Below, piece by piece: positions 37,624-48,086 of a DNA stretch of 64,000 nucleotides. The stretch comes from Candidatus Latescibacterota bacterium (GTDB taxonomy: Bacteria; Latescibacterota; UBA2968; GCA-2709665). Position 1 is the first letter of the stretch. Each line of letters begins with the position of its first letter. The stretch spans positions 64,001 through 128,000 of the forward strand of contig CAXXJS010000031.1 in assembly GCA_963662665.2 (NCBI GenBank). The letters run 5' to 3'. The notes under the pieces were generated by a model that ran no database searches, was not told the origin of the DNA, and saw only the letters and a list, made by a program, of their open reading frames with translations. Position numbers and translations under genes: made by a program.

Positions 37624-37972
37624 CTGAAATAACTTCTCCGAAAGCTGAGGATGCGCGGAATTCGACCCCCTCAATATTTCAAAAGGATGTAATGTACTAT
37701 TTAATAAGGAAAAGTCAAGACAAAGCGTAAATTAACAAACATAACTATATGTTATTTATTTTTTTATGGGATATTGTACGCAAAATGAAAATCGTCCGCA
37801 CAACAGTTCTTTACGGTGCGGGACCCAGGTCGGTCTTCGCGAGAAACGATTGGAAATGTGACCAATAAGTATTTGTTTTTAAACGCAGAGCAGCCAGCTG
37901 CACCCGTGTTGTCCGGTCGCCGGTCGGAATTTGTGGTCTCACTCGATTTTTTTTATTATACTTGATATCCAA

Positions 37973-38569
37973 ATGAAAAAACGCATTTGCGCGCTTGTGC
38001 CGGCTGCCGGTATGTCCACGCGCATGGGGTCTCCCAAACAACTGCTGCCGTTCGGCCGGAAGACGGTGCTTCAAAGCGTGGTAGATACGCTGCTTGAAGC
38101 CAATCTGGACGGTATCCTGGTGGTCCTCGGCCACGAGGCGGATACCGTGCGCGAGAGCCTGGTGGAGCGGCCGCTGATGTTTCGCGTGAATTCCGATTAC
38201 CGCGAAGGGATGTTTTCAAGTATCCTGTGCGGGTTTTCCGCGATGGCAGGGTCGTACGACGCCGCGCTGATCGCCCTCGGCGATCAGCCGCACATCCGCT
38301 CGAACGTGGTCAGGAGAGTGGCGTCGGCGTATCAAAATGACAACAAGGGAATTGTCGTTCCTGTCTACCGGGGCAAACGAGGGCATCCGGCGCTGGTGGA
38401 TCTCGGTCGGTATTTTTCAGAAATCCAATCCCTTACAGGAGAACAAGGGCTGAAACCCATAATGCGAGGTCATCCGGACGACACGCTCGAAATCGACGTC
38501 GGCGATGAAGGGGTGTTGCGGGATATTGATACGCCGGAGGAATATCAGGCGGAATTGGCAAAGCGCTAG
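37973..38569 (+). CDS. MocA/MobA-like nucleotidyltransferase (molybdenum cofactor cytidylyltransferase-like)
   Basis: AAGMSTRMGSPKQLL, GMFSSI, LGDQP, GHP, DIDTPEEY. Confidence 0.88.
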   Translation: MKKRICALVPAAGMSTRMGSPKQLLPFGRKTVLQSVVDTLLEANLDGILVVLGHEADTVRESLVERPLMFRVNSDYREGMFSSILCGFSAMAGSYDAALIALGDQPHIRSNVVRRVASAYQNDNKGIVVPVYRGKRGHPALVDLGRYFSEIQSLTGEQGLKPIMRGHPDDTLEIDVGDEGVLRDIDTPEEYQAELAKR

Positions 38570-38600
38570 GGGAGCGGCCTTTTTCCTGTCCGGTAGCCGT

Positions 38601-39428
38601 TTACGCCGGTGTAAGCTGGGCTCCCCCGTCGACGCGGAGTATCTGGCCGCTCACGAAGCTTGCCAGGGGCGAAACGAAAAACTGTACGGCCCGCGCGATC
38701 TCGTCCGGATACGCGTATCGGATCAGCGTGGGCCGGTTCATTGCGTTCATAAGTTCCGGGTCGGCCTGTCCCGTGGCAACAAAACGACCGCTGGGCGAGT
38801 CTCCCGGCGCAACCATGTTCACGGTAATGTTGTGTTCCCTGACTTGAGCGGCCAGGCAGCGGGTATAATGGGTCTGGGCGGCTTTGGCCGTGGCGTAAAC
38901 GGGACCTCCTCCTGGTTCACCGGTGAAGCTGTCCACGGAGCCGACGTTTACGATTCTGCCTCCCCCGCGTTGAATCATGCCCGGAACGACCGCGCGGCAG
39001 CAATGCAGGGTTGTTGCAAAGTTCCTCTTGAACACGGCTTCGATGTCTTCCAGCGGGATTCCCAGCGTATCGTTGGGCTTCGGTTTACCTCCCGCGGCGG
39101 CAATATCTCCGCCTGCGTTGTTGACCAGAATGTCGATGGGTCCGAGTTCGTTTTCGATCCTTTCAACCGCGGTTTCGACCAGGGCGGGGTCCGAAACGTC
39201 CGCAAAAACAGTGATAACGTCGTTGCCAGTTTTCGCGATTTCCCGGCCCACGTGAGTCGTGGACGGTGCTTCGTTGAATTCCGCCGCCGTCCGGTCGGAA
39301 CGTCCGTGCACAACCACCGAAGCGCCGCAACGGGCCAGACGGTTCGCAATCGCCCGGCCCAGGCCACGTGCGGAAGCCGTGACCCACGCGACTTTTCCGG
39401 CCAGAAGTTCGGGCTGTACGTATTCCAT
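38601..39428 (-). CDS. SDR family oxidoreductase
   Basis: TASARGLG, ILVNNAG, YATAK, VDGG. Confidence 0.9.
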   Translation of the reverse strand: MEYVQPELLAGKVAWVTASARGLGRAIANRLARCGASVVVHGRSDRTAAEFNEAPSTTHVGREIAKTGNDVITVFADVSDPALVETAVERIENELGPIDILVNNAGGDIAAAGGKPKPNDTLGIPLEDIEAVFKRNFATTLHCCRAVVPGMIQRGGGRIVNVGSVDSFTGEPGGGPVYATAKAAQTHYTRCLAAQVREHNITVNMVAPGDSPSGRFVATGQADPELMNAMNRPTLIRYAYPDEIARAVQFFVSPLASFVSGQILRVDGGAQLTPA

Positions 39429-39655
39429 ACGGTCTTGACCTCCATTCGTAATGCCGGTTGTCACAACGCGAATTCAGGATTTTGAACGCACACGAAGCGC
39501 CCGTGCGACCCGGGTCGGAGGGCCCCGGAAAGATACGCCGTCCAGCGGCCACCTGCAAGCCTGGAAGCATCGGCGGCGGCGTATCGCCGTGGAGCCGATG
39601 CCTTCGCCGCGGGAATATCACAACAGTTGAACGTTTAGCCCGGGAGGATTCGTTT

Positions 39656-40699
39656 ATGGGTAATCGGACCATCGGTTTCGCAATGATCGGGTGCGGCGTG
39701 GTGGCGGATTATCATATTGGTGCGGTGCAGGAAACAGAAGACGCCGAGCTTGTCGCGGTATACAGTCGCAGCGAAACGCGCGCCAGAACCACGGGCGAGG
39801 CGCACGGCGTGGCCTGGTTTACGGATCACGAAGCGATTCTTTGCCGACCGGACGTGGACGTGGTCTGCATCTGCACCCCCAGCGGCGTACGCATTCCTAT
39901 CGTAACGGATGCTGCGGCGGCTGGCAAGCATCTGATCGTGGAAAAACCTCTTGACGTATCCATCGGGAATATGGATCGCATTATCCAGGCGGCCGAAGAC
40001 GCGGGGGTGAAGCTGATGGGCGTCTTCCAGTTGCGGTACGGGGAGGCGGTCAACAGGGCGCGCAACGCGGTTCAATCCGGCGCTCTCGGCAGGATGGTGC
40101 TGGGCGACGCCTATATCAAGTGGTTCCGGCCCCAGGCCTACTACGACGCGGACGATTGGCGCGGCAACTGGAAAATGGAGGGCGGTGGGGCGCTGATGAC
40201 CCAGGGCAGCCACACGGTGGATCTGCTCCAGTGGATTATGGGACCGGTAAAGCGCGTCTACGCCAGGATGGGCACGTTGATCCACGATATCGAAGTGGAG
40301 GATACACTCGTTGCCACACTGGAATTCGAGAACGGGGCGCTCGGGGTGGTTGAAGCGTCTTCCGCCGCGTATCCCGGTTTGCCGGCACGGATGGAATTTT
40401 CCGGAGACCGGGGCACTGTGGTAGTGGAAGCTGACCGGATTACCAGGTGGGACGTCGAGGGAGAAAGCGCGCAGGAGACGGCGGCGGACACAACCGACGT
40501 GGCCAGGGCGGCATCAGATTCCAGGACCTTCGGCACAGAAGGACACAAGGCGCAAATTGCGGAAATGGCTCACATTCTGAATGAAGGGGGAGAGCCGAAT
40601 ATCGATGGTCCCGAGTCGAAGCGGGCAATTGAAGTCATCCTGGCGATTTACGAATCGGCGAGGACGGACAACCCCGTGGCGCTGCCGTTAAACGGTTGA
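39656..40699 (+). CDS. Gfo/Idh/MocA family oxidoreductase
   Basis: IGCGVVA, EKP, GGGALMTQGSHTVD, EVED; RBS GGAGG. Confidence 0.9.
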   Translation: MGNRTIGFAMIGCGVVADYHIGAVQETEDAELVAVYSRSETRARTTGEAHGVAWFTDHEAILCRPDVDVVCICTPSGVRIPIVTDAAAAGKHLIVEKPLDVSIGNMDRIIQAAEDAGVKLMGVFQLRYGEAVNRARNAVQSGALGRMVLGDAYIKWFRPQAYYDADDWRGNWKMEGGGALMTQGSHTVDLLQWIMGPVKRVYARMGTLIHDIEVEDTLVATLEFENGALGVVEASSAAYPGLPARMEFSGDRGTVVVEADRITRWDVEGESAQETAADTTDVARAASDSRTFGTEGHKAQIAEMAHILNEGGEPNIDGPESKRAIEVILAIYESARTDNPVALPLNG

Positions 40700-40729
40700 A
40701 TCGGAAATCTTCTTTTTATGGAGTGCTCT

Positions 40730-41719
40730 ATGGAGCCGATCAAGATCGTTGTGACTGACTATATCGAGCCCGACCTGAAGTGGGAAGAGGAGGAATTAGG
40801 GAAATATGGGCATGTCACGTTTGAATATCATCAACTCAAGTTCATGCCGGAGGCGGAACTGGTCGAAAAGATCGGCGACGCCGATATGATTCTGGTCAAT
40901 ATGGTGAAGATGACCGCCGGCGTAATCGATCAACTGGATGGGTGCAAGCTGATTCTCAGGCACGGTGTCGGATACGACAACGTGGATGTGACGGCGGCCA
41001 CGGCAAAGGGTATCAGGGTTGCCTACGAGCCCGACTATTGTTCGGACGAGGTGGCGGAACACGCCATTGCATTGATGTTGGCCGGCTGGCGCAAGCTGAA
41101 TGTGGGGCGAAGGATTCTGGAGGCGTCGAGTCGAAACGGGATCTGGGACTTCAACGAGGTATACCCGGTATACTCCATCAAGGGCAAGACAGTGGGCATT
41201 GTCGGTTGCGGCCGAATCGGGAGCCTGACGCTGCGGAAACTGGCCGGATTCGAAGTGAACGTCCTCGTCTGCGATCCGTATCTTTCCAACGAACGTCAGA
41301 AAGAACTGGGCGTGCAGGCGGTTGACCTGGACACGGTTCTGAAAGAAGCGGATATGATCACCATTCACGCGTCGCTCGACGAGGAGTCGTATCATCTCAT
41401 CGGAGAAAGGGAACTTCGGGCGATGAAATCGCACGCCTACCTGGTGAACACCGCGCGGGGCGGGCTGGTTGACGCAAACGCGCTGGCCAGGGCGCTGAGG
41501 GGCGGGTGGATCGCCGGCGCAGCCATCGACGTGTACGAGCAGGAGCCACCCGATCCGGACATGGATTTGTTCAATCTGGAAAACGCCCTCCTGGCGCCCC
41601 ATCTGGCGTGGTATTCCGAAGAGGCGAACTGGAGTATGCGCGAGAAGGTAATGGAGGACTTCGTACGGTTCATAGAAGGGAGACCGCCGCGGTTCCTGAT
41701 CAACAAGGAACTGGCGTAG
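40730..41719 (+). CDS. D-2-hydroxyacid dehydrogenase family (CtBP-like)
   Basis: GVGYDNVD, GCGRIG, VNTARGGLVD, DVYEQEP, PHLAWYS. Confidence 0.9.
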   Translation: MEPIKIVVTDYIEPDLKWEEEELGKYGHVTFEYHQLKFMPEAELVEKIGDADMILVNMVKMTAGVIDQLDGCKLILRHGVGYDNVDVTAATAKGIRVAYEPDYCSDEVAEHAIALMLAGWRKLNVGRRILEASSRNGIWDFNEVYPVYSIKGKTVGIVGCGRIGSLTLRKLAGFEVNVLVCDPYLSNERQKELGVQAVDLDTVLKEADMITIHASLDEESYHLIGERELRAMKSHAYLVNTARGGLVDANALARALRGGWIAGAAIDVYEQEPPDPDMDLFNLENALLAPHLAWYSEEANWSMREKVMEDFVRFIEGRPPRFLINKELA

Positions 41720-41754
41720 ACAGTTGAGCAGGTTAACCCGTCAGGAGATCTCGT

Positions 41755-43092
41755 ATGGCGCAGGTGGCGAACGCAATCACGTTGGAAAAGCGGAAGATTC
41801 CGGGACCCGGATCCATTGCGTTGCTGGACGTATCCAGGCAATACGAGCCGCCGTGCATGGCCGATCAGGTGCCGGTGGTGTGGGACCACGGCGAGGGAGT
41901 CTGGGTTTGGGACGTGGACGGCAACCGGTTTCTGGATTTCACCTCCGGAGTGCTGGTGACAAACCTGGGCCACTCCCACCCACGCCACGTCGAGAGCATC
42001 CGGAAACAGGCCGGTCGCCTGATGAACTGTTATTCGTTCCCAACGCCCGAGCGGGTGACGCTTTCGAAACGCCTGACTGACCTTCTGCCTGAAAACATCG
42101 ATCAGACTTTCCTGCTGACAACGGGGGCCGAGGCGACCGAGGCGGCGATCCGCATTGCCAAGCGGTTCACGGGCAAACACGAGGTCCTGTCATTTTACGG
42201 AGGATTTCATGGGCGCACGTACGGACCGATGAGCGTAGCCGGAAATATGAAGACGAAACGTGCGTTCGGGCCCCAGTTGCCAGGCGGAATTCTCGCGCCG
42301 TTCCCCTACTTCTACCGGGATTTCTACAATAGCGAAACGGAAGAGGAATGCGCGCATCGGTGCCTGGAAAACCTGGACCGGATTATCGACTCCACGTCCA
42401 CGGGCGACGTGGGCGCCGTGATCACCGAGCCCTACCAGGGAGGGGCGGGTTTTATTTTTCCGCCCGCCGGCTGGTTGAAGGGGCTTGAAAGGTGGGCGCG
42501 GGACCGGGGAATGGTCTTCATTCTGGACGAGGTGCAATCCTCCTTCGGACGTACCGGAAAGTTGTTTGCGATGGAGTGGGAGGACCTGCATCCGAATATG
42601 GTCTGCCTTGGCAAGGGCATCGGCAGCGGGATGCCCGCTTCCGCGCTGGCCGGCGAGAGCCGCATATTCGAGTGCATGGGGGTCGGCGAGATGTCCAGCA
42701 CCTGCGGGGGCAATCCGCTGGCCAGCGCCGCGTCGCACGCGGTATTGGACGTGATGGAAGACGAGGGACTGCCGGACAACGCCCAACGCGTGGGCGATTA
42801 TATGTTGGCGCGGCTTCGGGTGCTACAGGCGAAACACGATGTCCTGGGCGACGTGCGAGGGCAGGGGCTGGTGATCGGGCTGGAGTTCGTACTGGACCGC
42901 GACGACAAGACACCCGCGCCGGAACTCACCTCCGATCTCCTTCTGAGGGCGGGGGAGTACGGTCTTCTACTCGGCAAGGTAGGGCTGTACGGAAATGTCG
43001 TCCGGATCGCGCCTCCGCTTGTAATAACCGAAGAGGAAGCGGGGATGGGCATAGACATCCTTGCCCGTGTTTTGGAAGAACTCGGAGGATGA
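41755..43092 (+). CDS. Class III aminotransferase
   Basis: TTGAEATE, GFHGRT, LDEVQSSFGRTG, LGKG. Confidence 0.9.
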   Translation: MAQVANAITLEKRKIPGPGSIALLDVSRQYEPPCMADQVPVVWDHGEGVWVWDVDGNRFLDFTSGVLVTNLGHSHPRHVESIRKQAGRLMNCYSFPTPERVTLSKRLTDLLPENIDQTFLLTTGAEATEAAIRIAKRFTGKHEVLSFYGGFHGRTYGPMSVAGNMKTKRAFGPQLPGGILAPFPYFYRDFYNSETEEECAHRCLENLDRIIDSTSTGDVGAVITEPYQGGAGFIFPPAGWLKGLERWARDRGMVFILDEVQSSFGRTGKLFAMEWEDLHPNMVCLGKGIGSGMPASALAGESRIFECMGVGEMSSTCGGNPLASAASHAVLDVMEDEGLPDNAQRVGDYMLARLRVLQAKHDVLGDVRGQGLVIGLEFVLDRDDKTPAPELTSDLLLRAGEYGLLLGKVGLYGNVVRIAPPLVITEEEAGMGIDILARVLEELGG

Positions 43093-43193
43093 CCGGGCGA
43101 TTGTCAATCCGGAACCGGTGCGCCGTCAGGCCCCACCGGAAACAGCGGATCCGGTAAGAGCAGACCCAATCATCGGATCCGGGGAGTACACAC

Positions 43194-44429
43194 TTGGACA
43201 ACAGGCAATTGAAGGCGGCAATCGAGACACACAAGGAAGATGCGGTCAGGCTGCTCTGCGACCTGATCCGCATCCCGTCGGTGCGCGGGAACGAAGGAGA
43301 GGCGATGCGCCTGCTGCACGCACGTATGGCGGGAGTCGTGGACGACCGGGAACTGGTGCCGGTTGCGGAAACGATTCAGGAGGACGCCGACTATTCGTTC
43401 AAGCTGCCGGATCTCAGCTACGCCGATCGGCCGAATCTAAGGGTGGCAAGAAAGGGTAGCGGAGGCGGACGGTCGCTGATAGTGAATACCCACCTGGACG
43501 TCGTACCGGCCTCATCGGACCAGGACCGGCCGTTTGAGGGCCGCGTGGAAGACGGTATCGTTTTCGGCCGGGGCGCGTGCGACTGCAAGGGTCAGGCGGC
43601 CATGTTTTACCTCGCGCTTGCCGCCCTCAGAGACACGGAAATCCAACTCAAAGGGGACCTGATCGGGCACCTGGTAATTGAAGAGGAATGCGGCGGCAAC
43701 GGAACGCTGGCGTTCGTGCGCGGCGACGACCGGGCCGACGCGGCCCTGGTGCTGGAGCCCTCCGAAATGAAGATCCTGCCGTCGATCCGCGGCGCCGTAT
43801 GGTTTACGGTAAACGTGTACGGGCGGGCGGGCCACAGCGGGCAGGCGGGGCGCACGGTAAGCGCACTGAAGGAGGCGATGCGGGCAATTGAGATTCTGGA
43901 GGGATATCACGGGAGGTTGTTGGCGGAATCCAAAGGACACCCGCTATACGATGCGTATGAAAACCCGATGCCCATCACGTTCGGTACTCTGGAGGCCGGG
44001 GACTGGCCGGCGATGGCGCCGAGAAAGGCGACGTTCAAGGGCGTTCTCGGATTCCTGCCGAACCGGAACAAGGAAGAAGTGATGCGCGAGATGGAGGGAG
44101 CGCTGAAAGCCGAGGGAGGAGACTGGCTCCAGGACCATTTTGATATGGACTTCATGTACCGTCACGACTGCAACGAGGTGCCCACGGATAATCCCATCGT
44201 GACGACTTTGCAACGGGCTTGCCTTGCAAGCGGACAGGCCGCGGAGGTGGCGGCGATGCCCGCGTCGTGCGATGCGTGGTTCTATTCGAACCTGATCGGC
44301 GTCCCCGCCGTGGTAATCGGCGCGGGAACGCTGGGCGTGGCGCACTCCAGCAGGGAACAGATCGCGGTGCGGGACCTTGCCGCGGGGGCGGAGGTACTCG
44401 CGCGGGCAATTGTGGATTGGTGTGGGTAA
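43194..44429 (+). CDS. M20 family metallohydrolase (ArgE/DapE-like deacylase)
   Basis: NTHLDVVP, GRGACDCKG, IEEE, LEP, AHSSREQ. Confidence 0.9.
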   Translation: MDNRQLKAAIETHKEDAVRLLCDLIRIPSVRGNEGEAMRLLHARMAGVVDDRELVPVAETIQEDADYSFKLPDLSYADRPNLRVARKGSGGGRSLIVNTHLDVVPASSDQDRPFEGRVEDGIVFGRGACDCKGQAAMFYLALAALRDTEIQLKGDLIGHLVIEEECGGNGTLAFVRGDDRADAALVLEPSEMKILPSIRGAVWFTVNVYGRAGHSGQAGRTVSALKEAMRAIEILEGYHGRLLAESKGHPLYDAYENPMPITFGTLEAGDWPAMAPRKATFKGVLGFLPNRNKEEVMREMEGALKAEGGDWLQDHFDMDFMYRHDCNEVPTDNPIVTTLQRACLASGQAAEVAAMPASCDAWFYSNLIGVPAVVIGAGTLGVAHSSREQIAVRDLAAGAEVLARAIVDWCG

Positions 44430-44492
44430 ACGCACATCGCCAGAAAGCGCGGGCAGGAAGGCGCAGCCGGCCGAAACGGAGAATGCGATTCG

Positions 44493-45566
44493 ATGAAAAG
44501 CCTAGGGGTTGGGATAATCGGGTTCCACCACCTTCATTCCGTGGATTATCTTCCACACTTCAAAGCCATCGTCCGGACGGAGGTGAGGGCAGTCGCCGAG
44601 GCGGATCCGGTCTGTCTGAAGCAGGTCTGCGGACAGACCGGGCTTGATGGATACGAGGATTACAACGCGCTTTTGGCGCGAGAGGACATCGGCCTGGTCG
44701 TGATCCTGCTCCCGCATTCGGAGTGCCCGGAGGCGGTGGAACGGGCGGCGGCAGCCAATAAGCACGTAATTGTCGAGAAACCGATGGCGGATACGTCCGA
44801 GGGCATCCGGCGCATGATCGCGGCGACGGAAGCGGCGGGCGTGGCGCTGTCTTCACCCTACTGCTGGCGCGCGCATCCGGCCTCAAGAAAGATCAAGGAA
44901 CTCGTCGATCGCGGAATGCTGGGGCAGATTGTCGCGCTCGAGGGACGGTGCGCGGCGGGCTCACCGCAGCGGTACCTGGAAAACGGGATTTCGCCCTGGC
45001 TGAATTCGAGGTCGGTTGCCGGCGGCGGACCGATGCACAATCTGGGTACGCACTGGATCGATATGTTTCGGTGGTTCCTGCAGGACGAGGTTCAGCAGGT
45101 GACCGGCATGGTGAGCCACCTTCAACACCGACTGGATATCGAAGACAACAGCTTCGGCATCGTAAAATTCGGGAACGGTGCAATCGCGACACTGGATATC
45201 AGCTACTCCGCACCGAAATCCTATCCGGCCGGCAGAGATCTCTTCATTGCCCTTCGAGGTACGCTGGGTACCGCGTCGTGGAGTCCGGCCTGGGGAGGAA
45301 CCGCGGACGAAGTCTTTGTGGTGAGCGACCATCCCGATTTCGCGTGCGGACCGCAAACGACGCTGCGGATCGATTCCCAGCCGGCGGACGGGTACGGCGG
45401 CGTTTCCGGACGGGTGTATTTGAGCGAGACGGTGGAGGCCATCCTGGCCGGAAAATCTCCCGGCATCACCGGAGCGGACGGGCTGAAGGCCGTAGAGGTG
45501 GTGGAAGCGATCTATTCCTCCTCGGAAACGGGAAAGGTCAAGACGGTGGGAGGCTGCGGCGCTTGA
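44493..45566 (+). CDS. Gfo/Idh/MocA family oxidoreductase
   Basis: VEKPMA, GGGPMHNLGTHWID, IEDNS. Confidence 0.88.
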   Translation: MKSLGVGIIGFHHLHSVDYLPHFKAIVRTEVRAVAEADPVCLKQVCGQTGLDGYEDYNALLAREDIGLVVILLPHSECPEAVERAAAANKHVIVEKPMADTSEGIRRMIAATEAAGVALSSPYCWRAHPASRKIKELVDRGMLGQIVALEGRCAAGSPQRYLENGISPWLNSRSVAGGGPMHNLGTHWIDMFRWFLQDEVQQVTGMVSHLQHRLDIEDNSFGIVKFGNGAIATLDISYSAPKSYPAGRDLFIALRGTLGTASWSPAWGGTADEVFVVSDHPDFACGPQTTLRIDSQPADGYGGVSGRVYLSETVEAILAGKSPGITGADGLKAVEVVEAIYSSSETGKVKTVGGCGA

Positions 45567-45587
45567 ACGCGCCGGACATCAGTCAGG

Positions 45588-45634
45588 CAAAAAGAACAGC
45601 CGGTTTCTGGTCTTACAACCGGCTGTTCTTTTTG
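45588..45634. terminator. Bidirectional intrinsic terminator between convergent operons
   Basis: CAAAAAGAACAGCCGGTT ... AACCGGCTGTTCTTTTTG, perfect 18-bp inverted repeat. Confidence 0.85.
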
Positions 45635-45693
45635 TTGCTCGACTGACGATTTCCCCGCCAGGTCCGATGCCTTCGCGCCGCGACCCCCGGCGT

Positions 45694-46752
45694 CTACCAT
45701 ACGTCCATCATAATCTCCCGTCCGGTCCGGGCGGATTCGTAAATGGCCAGGATCAGGTCCACGGACTTCCGGGCGGACTCGCCGGGGATGTAGGGGTCCC
45801 GGTCTTCCAAGACGGCGCGGGTGATGTCGTTCACGAGCCATCCGTGGCCCGGCGCGACGGCGCTGGCGGCGCCGACGTTACCGGCGGCAGCGATCTGCCG
45901 CGGGGGAAATGCGTCGACGGCGCGGCCGTCTTCCTCGGTGGTGGTGGCCCAGCGGGTGATTTCGGTGCCGCTCATGGTGATGGTTCCGGATTCGCCGTGA
46001 AGTTCCATCCGGGACGCCTCGCCGGGGTTGCAGGACGTGGTGCCGATGAGCGTTCCGAAAGCACCGCTCTTGTATTTGATAGTAGCGACGGCGGTGTCTT
46101 CCACCTCGATGTCGCGCACCTTGTGTTCGGCGCGTGCGAACACGGATTCGACGTCGTCGTCTATCAGCCACAGCAGAAGGTCCACCCCGTGCACCCCCTG
46201 ATTCATAAGCGCGCCCCCGCCGTCGTCTTTCCACGTGCCGCGCCAGCCGGCGCTGTTATAGTACGCCTGAGATCGGTAGTTCTTCATCAGCGCGTCGGCC
46301 AGCACCAGTTTCCCCAACTCGCCATTCTTGATGGCGTTCCGTACTCTGTTGGCATTATCGCTGGTTCGACTCTGGAAAATACACCCGAGTTTGACGCCGG
46401 CGTTGCGGCAGGCATCGATCATCCGGTTCATTTTCTCACGTGTGACGTCGAGCGGTTTTTCGCACAGGGAATGTACGCCGGCGTTTGCGGCCGCAATCAC
46501 GTTGTCCGCGTGCATGCCGGAAGGGGTGCAGATACCGGCAACGTGCACGTCCGGATCCGCGACCAGGTCCTGATAGTTCCGGTAGAATCTGATGCCGCCG
46601 GACTCGGCCGCGAATTGCCTTCCCTTTTCTTCGTTGTAATTGCAGACGGCAACCAGTTCCGCGTCCGGGCAGGCTTCGATGCCGGACCGGAAGTGACCTG
46701 CGATCATGCCGGCGCCAATGATGCCCCAGCCGAGTTTGCTGTTTTCAGCCAT
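45694..46752 (-). CDS. Gfo/Idh/MocA family oxidoreductase (tandem paralog A)
   Basis: IIGAGMIA, CEKPL, GGGALMNQGVHGVD. Confidence 0.9.
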   Translation of the reverse strand: MAENSKLGWGIIGAGMIAGHFRSGIEACPDAELVAVCNYNEEKGRQFAAESGGIRFYRNYQDLVADPDVHVAGICTPSGMHADNVIAAANAGVHSLCEKPLDVTREKMNRMIDACRNAGVKLGCIFQSRTSDNANRVRNAIKNGELGKLVLADALMKNYRSQAYYNSAGWRGTWKDDGGGALMNQGVHGVDLLLWLIDDDVESVFARAEHKVRDIEVEDTAVATIKYKSGAFGTLIGTTSCNPGEASRMELHGESGTITMSGTEITRWATTTEEDGRAVDAFPPRQIAAAGNVGAASAVAPGHGWLVNDITRAVLEDRDPYIPGESARKSVDLILAIYESARTGREIMMDVW

Positions 46753-46812
46753 TTTGTAAATCGTTCCTTTTCGAGGTTGGAGTTCGGCATAAAGCGCCGG
46801 CCCCGGACGCGG

Positions 46813-47886
46813 TCAGTCCCCCTGCCGAACCTCGATTTCACTGCCGGTTCGGGCGGACTCGTAAATCGCCAGAATGAGGTCTATGGCGTCTCGGGCGGAT
46901 TCGCCGGTCACGTAAGGGTCGCGTTCTTCCCGGATAGCCCGGATCAGGTCATTAACGAGGAAGACGTGTCCGGCGGAGCCGATATCCCCGGGATCGGCCA
47001 CCGCGCCCTGGATTTCGATTTCTCTCGGCGGCTCATTGTCTTCGGCGCGGCCGTCTTCTTCGGGGGTGTTCGCCCAGCGTGAGATCGAACTGCCTCTGAC
47101 CGTGATGGTACCGCGGTCTCCGTGTAACTCGATGCGGCGGGCTTCGCCGGGGTTGCACGAGGTGGTGCCGATGAGCGCCCCGAACGCGCCGTTCTTGAAT
47201 TTCAGATTGGCCACGGCGGTGTCTTCCACTTCGATATCGCGTACTTTATTCTCAGCGCGCGCGAAAACGGATTCGACGGGGCTGCCCATAAGCCAGAGGA
47301 GAAGGTCCACGCCGTGAACACCCTGGTTCATCAGTGCGCCGCCGCCGTCCAGCGCCCATGTGCCCCGCCAGCCCGCGCTCCGGTAATAGGCCTGCGAACG
47401 GTAGTCTTTGAGATAGGCGTCGGCCAGTACCATCTCGCCTAGCAGGCCGTCCTGAATGGCTTTGCGGGCCCGGATCATGTCCGGACTGGTGCGGCTCTGG
47501 AAAACACAGCCGAGTTTCACCCCCGCCTCGCGACATGCCTTCGTCATTTCGGTCATGCGGAGGGCGTCGATCTCAAGGGGCTTCTCGCAAAGCGCGTGCT
47601 TTCCGGCCCGCGCGGCCGCGGTGACGCCTTCGTAGTGCAGGCCGGAGGGCGTGCAGACGCTGACGATGTCGACCTGTGGATCCTCAACAAGCGCTCTGTA
47701 GTCTGAATACGTGCGAACGTCGGCAGCGCCGCCTTCCATGCCGTCGAGGAACGACCGGATCTGACCTTCCTCCGTGTCGCAGACCGCCACCAGTTCGGCA
47801 TCGTCGCACGCGTCAATCGCCAGGCGATGGGTCGGCGCGATTACACCGCAGCCAATGATGCCGAAACCGAATTTCCCGTCTGTCAT
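46813..47886 (-). CDS. Gfo/Idh/MocA family oxidoreductase (tandem paralog B)
   Basis: IIGCGVIA, CEKPL, GGGALMNQGVHGVD. Confidence 0.9.
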   Translation of the reverse strand: MTDGKFGFGIIGCGVIAPTHRLAIDACDDAELVAVCDTEEGQIRSFLDGMEGGAADVRTYSDYRALVEDPQVDIVSVCTPSGLHYEGVTAAARAGKHALCEKPLEIDALRMTEMTKACREAGVKLGCVFQSRTSPDMIRARKAIQDGLLGEMVLADAYLKDYRSQAYYRSAGWRGTWALDGGGALMNQGVHGVDLLLWLMGSPVESVFARAENKVRDIEVEDTAVANLKFKNGAFGALIGTTSCNPGEARRIELHGDRGTITVRGSSISRWANTPEEDGRAEDNEPPREIEIQGAVADPGDIGSAGHVFLVNDLIRAIREERDPYVTGESARDAIDLILAIYESARTGSEIEVRQGD

Positions 47887-48086
47887 TCGCTGCCTCCGTA
47901 TGCGGGGAAACCCGGCGGACGCAACGGGAAGTTGCTACACCGAGCCGCGCCGGGAAGATTTCAAGCAGGATGAAATGTAGGATATGGCCGTCAGGTTGTC
48001 AATTGGCAATTTACGCTTTTCCGAAGTCCAGGGGTGCATATATTAGGTTAGCGTTCGGCGAAACATCCACCATCGGGGGTGCGGAC

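Noticed and set aside
37680-37790. AT-rich tracts (also 28310-28400 and 52770-52840) as oriC, dif or att sites
   Set aside because: No DnaA-box cluster or clear XerC/XerD site; best explained as promoter regions.
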